A stretch of DNA of 63,992 nucleotides, filler included, from a bacterium (GTDB lineage Bacteria > UBA9089 > CG2-30-40-21 > SBAY01): the NCBI GenBank assembly GCA_040757115.1. It is 7 parts of 7 records of this genome, joined end to end, with 100 filler letters (N's around TTAATTAATTAA, not from the genome) between each part and the next. Parts side by side here need not be neighbours in the genome. Positions count along the whole stretch, not along the records: positions 1 to 29,608 come from JBFLYA010000022.1; 6 more parts are not named here. The stretch is one strand, 5' to 3'. This document shows positions 10,045 to 18,720 of the stretch, in pieces; the first letter of the stretch is position 1, and each line of letters starts with the position of its first letter. The notes below the pieces were generated by a model. The model was not told the DNA's origin and made no database searches. It saw only the letters and a program-made list of their open reading frames with translations. Both the position numbers and the translations under genes were made by a program.

Positions 10045-12290
10045 AAAAAATAGGTCTTATAAGTCTTCTATGTCCTATAAGTCTTATTCTCTTTTTACTC
10101 TTTTTCCCCCTTCCCCAAAAGCTCAATTGCTCATACTCAAAGATTGTCAGGGCTTCTGATGGAAAGGTCTTGCGTATTTTCCTTTCTACGGATGAAAAAT
10201 ATCGAATATTTCTGCCAAAATCTGCTATTTCCCCACTTTTTGTCCAAACAACCATTACCTATGAAGATAAGTTTTTTTACAGACACCCTGGCATAAACCC
10301 TGTTTCTTTCTTTAGGGCATTTTATAAAAATATAAAGGCAAAGAGGATTACACAAGGTGGCTCAACAATAACTATGCAACTTGCAAGAATCCTTGAACCA
10401 AAACCACGCACTATAAAAAATAAACTTATTGAGATATTCAGGGCATTTCAACTCGAACTACATTTCTCCAAAGATAAAATACTCGAACTTTACCTCAATC
10501 TTGCACCTTATGGAGGCAATATCGAAGGCATTGGTGCGGCAAGTATATCTTACTATGGAAGGCTACCTGATAATCTCACGCCCGCAGAAGTAGCCTTTCT
10601 TGTCTCCCTACCTCAACGCCCTCATAAATCCTCTCCCCAAAAGGTATTAAAGATTATGTTAAGTAAAAAACTTATTAGCAAAAGGGAGTATGATTTAGCC
10701 AGGGTATCCTCCTTTCCTTCTAAGAAAATACCCTTTCCATTCGAAGCACCACATACCTGTGATTTTTTGGTAAGTAGATTTCCTCAACTTAATGATATTC
10801 ATTCTACAATTGATACCAATATCCAGAAAAAGGTTGAAAATATCCTGTCTTCTTATAAGAAAAAAATAGAAGAAATGGGTGCATCAAATGCAAGTGTGGT
10901 GGTGATGGAGAATAAGACAAGAAAGATTAGGGCACTTATTGGCTCTCTTGACTATTTTGATAAAGAAAATAGAGGGCAGGTCAGAGGATTTTATGCCTTT
11001 CGTTCACCTGGTTCAGCACTTAAGCCATTCCTTTATATTATGGCAATTGAAGATGGACTTATCAACCCCGAAACTCTTATGGAGGATGCACCCTATAGAT
11101 TTGAAAATTACGAACCTGAAAATTTCTCCAGGCAATTTCTTGGTTTAGCCACAGCAGAAGATAGCCTCTCCTTTTCTCTAAACCTTCCTTTTATCCTTAT
11201 GTTAAAACGATATGGCTACCAAAAATTTTTAAATAGGATTTCTGAAGGAGGGCTTGTTGGACCATTATCACCATCCTCTTATGGACTTCCTATCATTACA
11301 GGTGGGATGGATATTCGCCTCATTGACCTGACAAATCTATACCTCACCCTATCAAGGGGTGGCTTCCATAATGAATGGAGGCTCTTAGAGGATACACCAA
11401 CAAAAAAAGAAAAACTTCTCTTTAAACCTCCAGCAGTTCTATTAGGATTAAATGCCCTTTCAAAGAGGGATAGGCCAGATGCACCAAATCTTGCTTTATA
11501 CACCATCCCAAAGAAAAAGGTTTATTGGAAAACAGGGACATCTTATGGAAGAAGGGATGGCTGGAGTCTTGGTTTTGACTGTGATTACACGGTTGGTGTG
11601 TGGGTTGGAAATTTTAGTGGAGAGGGCTCGGATAAGCTAATTGGTGCCTTAATTGCCTCCCCCATTATGTTTGATATAATAAGGGCAATAGGTGATGAAA
11701 AAGATAAAAAATTCTTCTGGGAAGAACCAGCAAAAACTGATTTAGAAACGGCTTATGTATGTAAGTTTTCTGGATATAAACCTTCTCCATATTGTTTTGA
11801 AAAAAAAGAGGTTTCTGTCCTGAAAAATAACCATCCTTATGTTGAATGCCCATTCCATAAAAAATTTATCATTGAGAAAAAAACAGGATTCAGGGCATCA
11901 CCATTTAAGGAATATAAACCAGGCGAACTCACAGAAAAGATTTTCCTTGTTTATCCAGCCTCCGTGCAAAAAGTCTTAAAAGGAAATAAAGAACCACAAT
12001 TTCCACCAGAATGTAGGGTAGTTGAAAAAAGCAATCTTAATGTTATTAGTCCGGTGGATGGTGAAATATATTTTATTCCCAAAGGGGTTAGAGATGCAAA
12101 TTTTATACCACTTCAGGCATTTAATTCCTGCGGAGATATTCAGTGGTTTATAAATGATAAATACAGAGGGAAGACAAAATCCGGCGAGGTTTTTCAAATA
12201 GAACCAATTTGGGGGAGGATGAAGATTGTAGTTTATGACGATAAGGGAGAAAATAGGATAATCAAGATAAATGTTGAAGCAGAACCATAG
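10041..12290 (+). CDS. pbpC: Penicillin-binding protein 1C
   Basis: EDKFFY, QGGSTITMQLAR transglycosylase motifs; RSPGSALKP and KTGTS transpeptidase motifs; start at ATG 10041 (ATGA overlap). Confidence 0.93.
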   Translation: MKKIGLISLLCPISLILFLLFFPLPQKLNCSYSKIVRASDGKVLRIFLSTDEKYRIFLPKSAISPLFVQTTITYEDKFFYRHPGINPVSFFRAFYKNIKAKRITQGGSTITMQLARILEPKPRTIKNKLIEIFRAFQLELHFSKDKILELYLNLAPYGGNIEGIGAASISYYGRLPDNLTPAEVAFLVSLPQRPHKSSPQKVLKIMLSKKLISKREYDLARVSSFPSKKIPFPFEAPHTCDFLVSRFPQLNDIHSTIDTNIQKKVENILSSYKKKIEEMGASNASVVVMENKTRKIRALIGSLDYFDKENRGQVRGFYAFRSPGSALKPFLYIMAIEDGLINPETLMEDAPYRFENYEPENFSRQFLGLATAEDSLSFSLNLPFILMLKRYGYQKFLNRISEGGLVGPLSPSSYGLPIITGGMDIRLIDLTNLYLTLSRGGFHNEWRLLEDTPTKKEKLLFKPPAVLLGLNALSKRDRPDAPNLALYTIPKKKVYWKTGTSYGRRDGWSLGFDCDYTVGVWVGNFSGEGSDKLIGALIASPIMFDIIRAIGDEKDKKFFWEEPAKTDLETAYVCKFSGYKPSPYCFEKKEVSVLKNNHPYVECPFHKKFIIEKKTGFRASPFKEYKPGELTEKIFLVYPASVQKVLKGNKEPQFPPECRVVEKSNLNVISPVDGEIYFIPKGVRDANFIPLQAFNSCGDIQWFINDKYRGKTKSGEVFQIEPIWGRMKIVVYDDKGENRIIKINVEAEP
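10052..10087 (-). repeat. 9-nt tandem array, right inverted arm, inside pbpC 5' end
   Basis: AGGTCTTAT AAGTCTTCT ATGTCCTAT AAGTCTTAT is the degenerate reverse complement of the 9426-9456 units. Confidence 0.7.
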
Positions 12291-12383
12291 GAATTTTGGA
12301 TTGCGGATTTGCGAAATTGGTCCTCAGTTTTTGGTCTTCACTGCTCTACTATTTTTACCTTGAATCATATAGCGAAATTTTCC

Positions 12384-12412
12384 TTGACATCAATAAAATT
12401 ATATATTATTAT
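12384..12412 (+). promoter_or_regulatory. sigma70 promoter TTGACA-17-TATTAT, 9 nt upstream of ATG
   Basis: Consensus spacing; ATG at 12422 without SD. Confidence 0.55.
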
Positions 12413-12421
12413 AAAATACAA

Positions 12422-13120
12422 ATGAACATCATTCCTTTACAAATTATTGACCAGAAACTACTTGATTTTAAGTTAGCCCCACAAATAAAAGTTGGCGAGG
12501 TTCTTGAAGGAACAGTAGATGAGGTATTAGAAAATAAAACCTATCTTTTTAAACTCGCTGGATTTACTTTTCGAGCAAGAAGTCCACTTATATTAAATAA
12601 ATACGATAGAATCCAGGTAGAAGTAAAAAGCATTGAACCAAGAATTGTGTTCAAATTACTCCCATCACAAAACAAAAGCAATTTACCTGTTTCTGAAAAG
12701 ATAAAATCTCCAGATACAAACTATTTATTTTTTACCACCTCGAATTTATCTTCTCTGGGGATAAATAATCTCTGTGTCAAAACATTTGACACAGATGAAG
12801 AAATCTCTTCTAAAGGACTAAAATCTAAATATGAGGCAGTAGATATTCTTCTGGAGATGTCTGAGTTAGGTAAAGTTTTAGTCAAAATAACTCGCCAGGG
12901 AGATTTATCTTATTATCAAATAATAGTTGAAGATAAAAATATTAAGGAATTTGTTGAGGAGAACCTGCAAGGATTATTAACTGATTTAGAAAATGTCGGC
13001 TTCCCATTTCCCAACATAAATTGTTTAGCTAATCCAGGTTTAAAAAATCAGGATTTTTATGCTGAATCAACAATAACCAGGACGGAAAAAGGGTATAGTC
13101 GAATAGATACAATTGGATAA
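12422..13120 (+). CDS. Hypothetical protein with FliK/Flg_hook-like C-terminal domain
   Basis: LEMSELGKVLVKI...LLTDLENVGF resembles the FliK C-terminal domain; N-terminal OB-like GEVLEGTV segment. Confidence 0.45.
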   Translation: MNIIPLQIIDQKLLDFKLAPQIKVGEVLEGTVDEVLENKTYLFKLAGFTFRARSPLILNKYDRIQVEVKSIEPRIVFKLLPSQNKSNLPVSEKIKSPDTNYLFFTTSNLSSLGINNLCVKTFDTDEEISSKGLKSKYEAVDILLEMSELGKVLVKITRQGDLSYYQIIVEDKNIKEFVEENLQGLLTDLENVGFPFPNINCLANPGLKNQDFYAESTITRTEKGYSRIDTIG

Positions 13121-13132
13121 AAGAGGTAATTG

Positions 13133-15403
13133 ATGGAAATTATAGTTACCCATACCAATACAGACTTTGATGCCTTAGCCAGTCTGATATTAGCCGCTAA
13201 ACTTTATCCAGACGCTCAACTTGTTCTGCCTGGCTCTTGTGAACAGAATGTCCGGAATTTCTTAGATGAGTATCCTCATGGCTTTAATCTTAAGAAATCT
13301 AAACATATTAAATTAGAGCAAGTCACAAAACTTATTTTAGTTGATACCCGTCAATCTTCCCGCATTGGGAAATTTGAAATCCTCACTGATGGCCAGATAC
13401 CAATTTATATCTATGACCATCATCCTGCACAAGAAGGAGATATTAAAGGTGAACTGATGGAGATAAAAGAACTTGGCGCCACTGTATCAATTATTTTAGA
13501 GAAGATTAAAGAACAAAATATTACCATTAGTCCAATTGAGGCAACAATTGCCGCTTTAGGGATTTATGAAGATACAGGTTCTCTCACCTTCTCTACGACT
13601 ACCACCGCAGATATTTCTGCCATAGAATATCTTATTTCTTGTGGTGCAGATTTAACCATAATTGCCAGGTTACTTGAAAAGGAACTTACTGTGGACCAGC
13701 TTTTTATCCTTAATGACCTCATATCCTCACAAAAGGTATATCAAATTGACCAGACAAATATAGTTATCGCCAAAGTTGTTATAGATAAATATGTTGGAGA
13801 CTTAGCCGTGCTTGCCCATAAGATAATGAATATGGAATCCTTAGAGGTATTATTTTGCATTATTGGTATGGAGGGAAGGGTTCAGTTAATTGCCAGAAGT
13901 CGCACAAACAAAGTAGATGTGGCTGAAATTCTCTCATTAATCGGTGGTGGAGGACATAAAACTGCCGCCTCCGCTACGATTAGAGAATTAAGTTTAGAGG
14001 CAGTTGAACAAAAACTATTGGAAATATTACACCTAAAATTAATTCCAACCAAAGAAACAACTTCTCCTCCAATCCAACTTTATCCGCATAATATTAAACA
14101 TTTAATGAGAAAAAACCTCCCGGAACCAATCCAGAACATATTAAAATTACTCGGGAAAATAGGTGATGGACTTAAAATGAATGTGTATGTGGTGGGCGGA
14201 ATTGTCCGAGACCTTTTATTAGGTAAGGCAACATTTGACCTTGATATTGTCGTTGAAGGGAATGGGATTGAATTTGCCAGAGAGTTAAGTCAAAGGATTG
14301 CAGGAAGTTATAAAAGCCATGAAAGATTTAAAACCGCTGCGGTGGTGTTTCCGGATGGGTTCAAAATAGATATTGCTACTGCTCGAAAAGAGGTTTATGA
14401 CCAGCCAGCCGCATTACCGAGAGTAACTACAGGAGGAATTTATGATGACATTTTAAGACGAGATTTTACGATAAATGCCCTCGCCATTCAGCTTAACCCA
14501 ACATATTTTGGGAATTTAATAGATTTTGTTGGTGGAGAAAAAGACCTGAAAGAAGGATTAATTGAAATCCTTCATGATAAAAGTTTTATTGATGACCCAA
14601 CCAGAATCTTTCGCGCTATAAGATTTACCTCTCGAGGGAATTTCAAACTATCCGACAACACAAAAAACTTAATTATTAAATCAGCGACCAAAGACCTGTT
14701 TTTACGGCTGGCAAAACAACGGCTCCGCAATGAACTTATCCTTATTCTAAAGGATGATAATCCAGATTCCGCTTTTCTCCAATTGCAAGAACTAAATATT
14801 CTTAAGTATATCTATCCCTTACTACAAACCGGGAGAAACCAATCATTACTTTTTAAAAAAATTACCCATACCTTATTCTATCTTGAAGTTATCATTGAAC
14901 ATAAACCTATAGATAAATGGTTAATTTATCTATTAGGTTTGATTGATGGATTAAGTAAAGAAGAGGCATCAGAATTTATGCACCACCTTAAATTTACTAA
15001 GATTCAACAAAAAACAGTTATTACAGATAAAGAGGAATCTCAACTTTTAATAGATTTCCTGAAAAGATATAGAGACCCCTCCCCTGCTGCACTTTATAAT
15101 CGGCTAACAGGAATTCCTTTAGAGGTTCTTGTATTTATTATGGCTAAGGTAGATGCGTTTGAAAACAAAGAAATAGCCTCTTGTATAAAAAAGCAGATAG
15201 TTTTTTTCTTGACGGAATTAAGCAAGGTAAAACTCAGTATAAGCGGGGATGACCTTAAAAAATTAGGAATTGAACCAGGCCCTGTTTATAAAGAAATATT
15301 TGATAAGGTTTTATCGGCTAAATTAAATGGGAAACTGAAGACTAAAGAGGATGAGTTGGAACATGCTAAGTGTCATGTTGAACAAATAACGCACGGAATT
15401 TGA
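13133..15403 (+). CDS. DHH/DHHA1 phosphoesterase fused to tRNA nucleotidyltransferase (CCA/A-adding class II)
   Basis: THTNTDFDA, YDHH, GGGGHKTAASA; VGGIVRDLLL, DLDIVV, RRDFTINA, DDPTRIFRAIRF. Confidence 0.9.
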   Translation: MEIIVTHTNTDFDALASLILAAKLYPDAQLVLPGSCEQNVRNFLDEYPHGFNLKKSKHIKLEQVTKLILVDTRQSSRIGKFEILTDGQIPIYIYDHHPAQEGDIKGELMEIKELGATVSIILEKIKEQNITISPIEATIAALGIYEDTGSLTFSTTTTADISAIEYLISCGADLTIIARLLEKELTVDQLFILNDLISSQKVYQIDQTNIVIAKVVIDKYVGDLAVLAHKIMNMESLEVLFCIIGMEGRVQLIARSRTNKVDVAEILSLIGGGGHKTAASATIRELSLEAVEQKLLEILHLKLIPTKETTSPPIQLYPHNIKHLMRKNLPEPIQNILKLLGKIGDGLKMNVYVVGGIVRDLLLGKATFDLDIVVEGNGIEFARELSQRIAGSYKSHERFKTAAVVFPDGFKIDIATARKEVYDQPAALPRVTTGGIYDDILRRDFTINALAIQLNPTYFGNLIDFVGGEKDLKEGLIEILHDKSFIDDPTRIFRAIRFTSRGNFKLSDNTKNLIIKSATKDLFLRLAKQRLRNELILILKDDNPDSAFLQLQELNILKYIYPLLQTGRNQSLLFKKITHTLFYLEVIIEHKPIDKWLIYLLGLIDGLSKEEASEFMHHLKFTKIQQKTVITDKEESQLLIDFLKRYRDPSPAALYNRLTGIPLEVLVFIMAKVDAFENKEIASCIKKQIVFFLTELSKVKLSISGDDLKKLGIEPGPVYKEIFDKVLSAKLNGKLKTKEDELEHAKCHVEQITHGI

Positions 15404-15546
15404 TTCTGGTAACTGGTAATTAAATACCGTTCGGTTGAGCTCACGACGAATCTATTTAAGCAATTACCAGTTACCAGTTACCAATTATCCGTTTGCAGGT
15501 TATGAAATCTGATGATACCCCGTGCAACACTTACTCAACAGCACAC
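15370..15546. mobile_element. MITE (177 bp) with TGGTAAC/TTACCAG 7-mer inverted arrays
   Basis: Imperfect TIRs GTGTCATGTTGA / TCAACAGCACAC; near-identical copy at 27140-27330; supplies the last codons and stop of the upstream gene. Confidence 0.8.
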
Positions 15547-15566
15547 TACGAAATTAGGAAGGATGT

Positions 15567-17105
15567 ATGGTTAAAGATAGTCAAAAAAGGATAACTAAAT
15601 TTATTGGTATCGTAAGTTTTGGCACATTTACCTCACGGATTGTGGGTTATATTCGAGATGTCTTAATTGCAGATAGGTTTGGGGCAGGTTTAGTTTCAGA
15701 TGCCTTTTTTACCTCATGGCGAATACCTAATACCTTGCGGGAATTACTTGGTGAAGGGGCATTAAGTGCCGCATTTATCCCTGTTTTTACTGAATATTTG
15801 AAGACAAAAGGGAGAGAACAAGCCTGGCAGTTAGCCAATCTGATTATCAATGCCCTGCTCATTATCTCCATATTAATTACCTTGTCTGGTATCATCCTGT
15901 CTCCTTTAATTATTAGCATAATTGCCCCTGGTTTCGTTGGCAAAGATGTTTTTACTTTGACCGTGCTCCTTACCCGTATAACATTTCCTTTTACTATTTT
16001 TATTTGTCTTGCGGCGTTAGTCATGGGGATTCTTAATTCAATTCAACATTTTACCTTACCGGCATTTGCCCCAGCCATATTAAACATTTGTTTAATCCTG
16101 GCAATCCTTTTTCTATGTCCTTTGTTTGGCGAACTATCAATTGTTGGGTTAAGTATTGGACTTTTAATTGGTGGTTTGATTCAGTTGTTAATCCAAATCC
16201 CACCTTTGATTAAAGAACGGATGGAATATCGGTTAATCATAGACTTTTTCCATCCTGGAGTTCGTGAGGTAATTCGTTTGATGTTACCACGGGCACTTGG
16301 CGCCGCGGTTACTCAATTTAATATCTTTATCTCTAATTTATTAGCCTCTTTCCTGATTTTTGGGAGTATTTCTTCATTATTTTATGCCAATAGATTGGTT
16401 CATTTTCCATTGGCAATATTCGGGATAGCTATCGGAACCGTCCTGTTTCCAACTATGTCCAGACAGGTAGTTGAAGGTAATTTACAGGGAGTAAAAGAGA
16501 GTCTTCGTTTTGGCTTGAAAATGGTAATCTTAACCTCCTTGCCGCCAACTATCGGCTTAATGGTTTTAGGAAGACCGATTATCGAACTTTTGTTTCAACA
16601 TGGGGAATTTGACATTACTGCTACTAATATAACTTATTTAGCCTTGTTCTTTTATGCCTTTGGGCTATTAGGCTTTTCGAGCTTGAAGGTTATTGTCCCA
16701 GCCTTCTATGCCCAACATGATACCTGGACACCGCTAAAAATAGGCATAATCTCAGTGATAGCCAATGTTATCTTCAGCCTTTTATTAATGAAACCATTAG
16801 AGCAAGGCGGATTAACTTTAAGCCTTTCTTTATCTGGATTTTTAAATGCTGGTTTATTATTGATAAGCTTAAGACAAAAAATTGGGCCCATCGGATTAAA
16901 AGAAATACTTATATTCCTCTTTAATGTCTTACTTGCCTCATCGATGATGGGATTTTTCTGCGGGATTATCCTGAAAATAGATATAGGCCTTTTTTATCAG
17001 GTGATAATCGGTATAATAGGTGGATTAATCGTTTTATTTTTAAGTTGTAAATGGCTAAAGATAAAGGAGGTTGATGATGTTTGGAAAATGGTTAGAAAAA
17101 AGTAA
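15567..17105 (+). CDS. murJ: Lipid II flippase MurJ
   Basis: SRIVGYIRD, RIPNTLRELLGEGALSAAFIPVF, YANRLVHFP motifs; 512-aa polytopic protein. Confidence 0.95.
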   Translation: MVKDSQKRITKFIGIVSFGTFTSRIVGYIRDVLIADRFGAGLVSDAFFTSWRIPNTLRELLGEGALSAAFIPVFTEYLKTKGREQAWQLANLIINALLIISILITLSGIILSPLIISIIAPGFVGKDVFTLTVLLTRITFPFTIFICLAALVMGILNSIQHFTLPAFAPAILNICLILAILFLCPLFGELSIVGLSIGLLIGGLIQLLIQIPPLIKERMEYRLIIDFFHPGVREVIRLMLPRALGAAVTQFNIFISNLLASFLIFGSISSLFYANRLVHFPLAIFGIAIGTVLFPTMSRQVVEGNLQGVKESLRFGLKMVILTSLPPTIGLMVLGRPIIELLFQHGEFDITATNITYLALFFYAFGLLGFSSLKVIVPAFYAQHDTWTPLKIGIISVIANVIFSLLLMKPLEQGGLTLSLSLSGFLNAGLLLISLRQKIGPIGLKEILIFLFNVLLASSMMGFFCGIILKIDIGLFYQVIIGIIGGLIVLFLSCKWLKIKEVDDVWKMVRKK

Positions 17106-17150
17106 TCAGTAAGTATTATAAAACGAAATTTTTGACAGGAGGGAATATAA

Positions 17151-17528
17151 ATGGAAGAAAAAACAATTGTCCTTGTTGCCCATGATTCTAAGAAAAAAGA
17201 TTTACTTGAATGGGCAAAATTTAATAAAGGCACACTTGAAAAATTTATCTTGTATGCTACTAAAACAACTGGGGAAGAAATGATAAAGAATGTTGACCTA
17301 AAAGTCCATTTATTACAAAGTGGTCCCCTTGGCGGTGATTCTCAAATAGCAACAATGATTGTCGAAGGGAAGGTGAATATGCTTATATTTTTCTGGGACC
17401 CTCTCACTCCTCAACCCCATGATGTCGATGTAAAGGCATTACTACGCATCGCCGTGCTTTACAACATCCCTGTTGCCTGTAATCGGACAACGGCTGACTA
17501 CATCATTTCTTCACCATTACTTAATTAG
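17151..17528 (+). CDS. mgsA: Methylglyoxal synthase
   Basis: LVAHDSKK, SGPLGGDSQI, QPHDVDVKALLR motifs. Confidence 0.95.
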   Translation: MEEKTIVLVAHDSKKKDLLEWAKFNKGTLEKFILYATKTTGEEMIKNVDLKVHLLQSGPLGGDSQIATMIVEGKVNMLIFFWDPLTPQPHDVDVKALLRIAVLYNIPVACNRTTADYIISSPLLN

Positions 17529-17543
17529 TTCCATACAAAAATA

Positions 17544-17581
17544 GTAACTATTCACCACGAAGAGCACGAAGAACACGAAGA
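17544..17581 (+). repeat. Solitary GTAAC/CACGAAG element end (left-facing)
   Basis: GTAACTATTCACCACGAAGAGCACGAAGAACACGAAGA; 36/38 identical to the reverse complement of 23055-23092. Confidence 0.8.
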
Positions 17582-17681
17582 CATCGGCGATTTTATCGGG
17601 TGCGAATCTCTGCAAGAGAATGTGTGTCATTGGATATTCCAATGCCTCTTTAGAAACAAACACCTGCTTAAATCTTTCCAC
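17582..17681 (-). pseudogene. Truncated N-terminus resembling spore-photoproduct-lyase-like radical SAM proteins
   Basis: VERFKQVFVSKEALEYPMTHILLQRFAPDKIAD starts 6 nt after the upstream stop and is cut by the element end; family call is tentative. Confidence 0.4.
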
Positions 17682-17687
17682 CCTGAT

Positions 17688-18581
17688 TTATTCTGCCTTA
17701 ATTTCAATCTCTTCTTCCGGGATTGATTCTTTTTCCACATATTTTAAGAGGTAATTAAGAAGACTGAGAATATTCAAGAGTTCCTTTTGCACCACCTCGT
17801 ATATTTCTGGAGATTCTACTTCCCAGTATAAATGAATTAGCCTATCGCGTAACTTTATCAACTTCAAAGTCGTCCTGGTAAATTCCTGGGGTATTACCTC
17901 AGATTGAACTAAATAATTAATTATATCTTTAGAACTGCCAGGTCTTCCTAATCCTTTGACCGCAATAATATGAGTGGCAAGGTCAACTAATGAATCAATA
18001 CTTATTCGCAAGTAATGTTCGGCTAAAGCGATATTCTGGGCATCGGTTAAAAAGATAGTCTCTGGAAGTTCTTTTAATTTATTTAATTTCTTTAACGCAC
18101 TCTCACAGATATTTGCTCGTTGGAAAACTATTTCTTTGTTAAACATATTTTCTCCTTTCCTGGTTAATCGTGATTCCAGATATTTATCGTAATGTTCTAA
18201 ATAAGGTTTAAACTTAAAATATTTTTTTGTTGATAAATCCTCAAATTCTCGCCGCAACTCATCATCTTTAGAATAGATAACCCTGCCTTTCGTAATAATA
18301 TCATATCTAAAGGGTAATGGGGCATTATTTAAAATTACCACATCGAATTTATCGAAATTCAGCACTTGAGAAAGGTCGGTGTTTAATTCAATCGCCTTTG
18401 TAAAGGTATTAACCGACTCACCACCTTCAAGAAAAAACGCAATATCTACATCTTCAACCTGTGTCAGGTCTTGAGATACTAAGATAGAGCCAAATAAATA
18501 AACGGCGACGACTTCACCCTTTGTTGAAGAATATCCTTGAATAACTTTAATCCATTCATTTAAATCTATCTTCATAATCAT
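17688..18581 (-). CDS. MNT (MntA-like) / HEPN (HepT, DUF86) type VII toxin-antitoxin fusion
   Basis: YLFGS...DVDIA nucleotidyltransferase domain followed in frame by HEPN with RDRLIHLY (RX4HXY). Confidence 0.85.
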   Translation of the reverse strand: MIMKIDLNEWIKVIQGYSSTKGEVVAVYLFGSILVSQDLTQVEDVDIAFFLEGGESVNTFTKAIELNTDLSQVLNFDKFDVVILNNAPLPFRYDIITKGRVIYSKDDELRREFEDLSTKKYFKFKPYLEHYDKYLESRLTRKGENMFNKEIVFQRANICESALKKLNKLKELPETIFLTDAQNIALAEHYLRISIDSLVDLATHIIAVKGLGRPGSSKDIINYLVQSEVIPQEFTRTTLKLIKLRDRLIHLYWEVESPEIYEVVQKELLNILSLLNYLLKYVEKESIPEEEIEIKAE

Positions 18582-18667
18582 TGGAACTAATTTCTATACT
18601 GGGTATGTGTTTAGCGTCTGCAGGCATTCAAACACTCTAAACACGGACAACTGGTATCACGCCACAC

Positions 18668-18720
18668 ATCGGGATTGACAACACTTGTGCAGTCATGACA
18701 CCACAAGTGGTGTCAATCCG
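18668..18720. other. Long stem-loop overlapping the aminotransferase stop
   Basis: GATTGACAACACTTGTG ... CACAAGTGGTGTCAATC; no clear U-tract. Confidence 0.45.
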
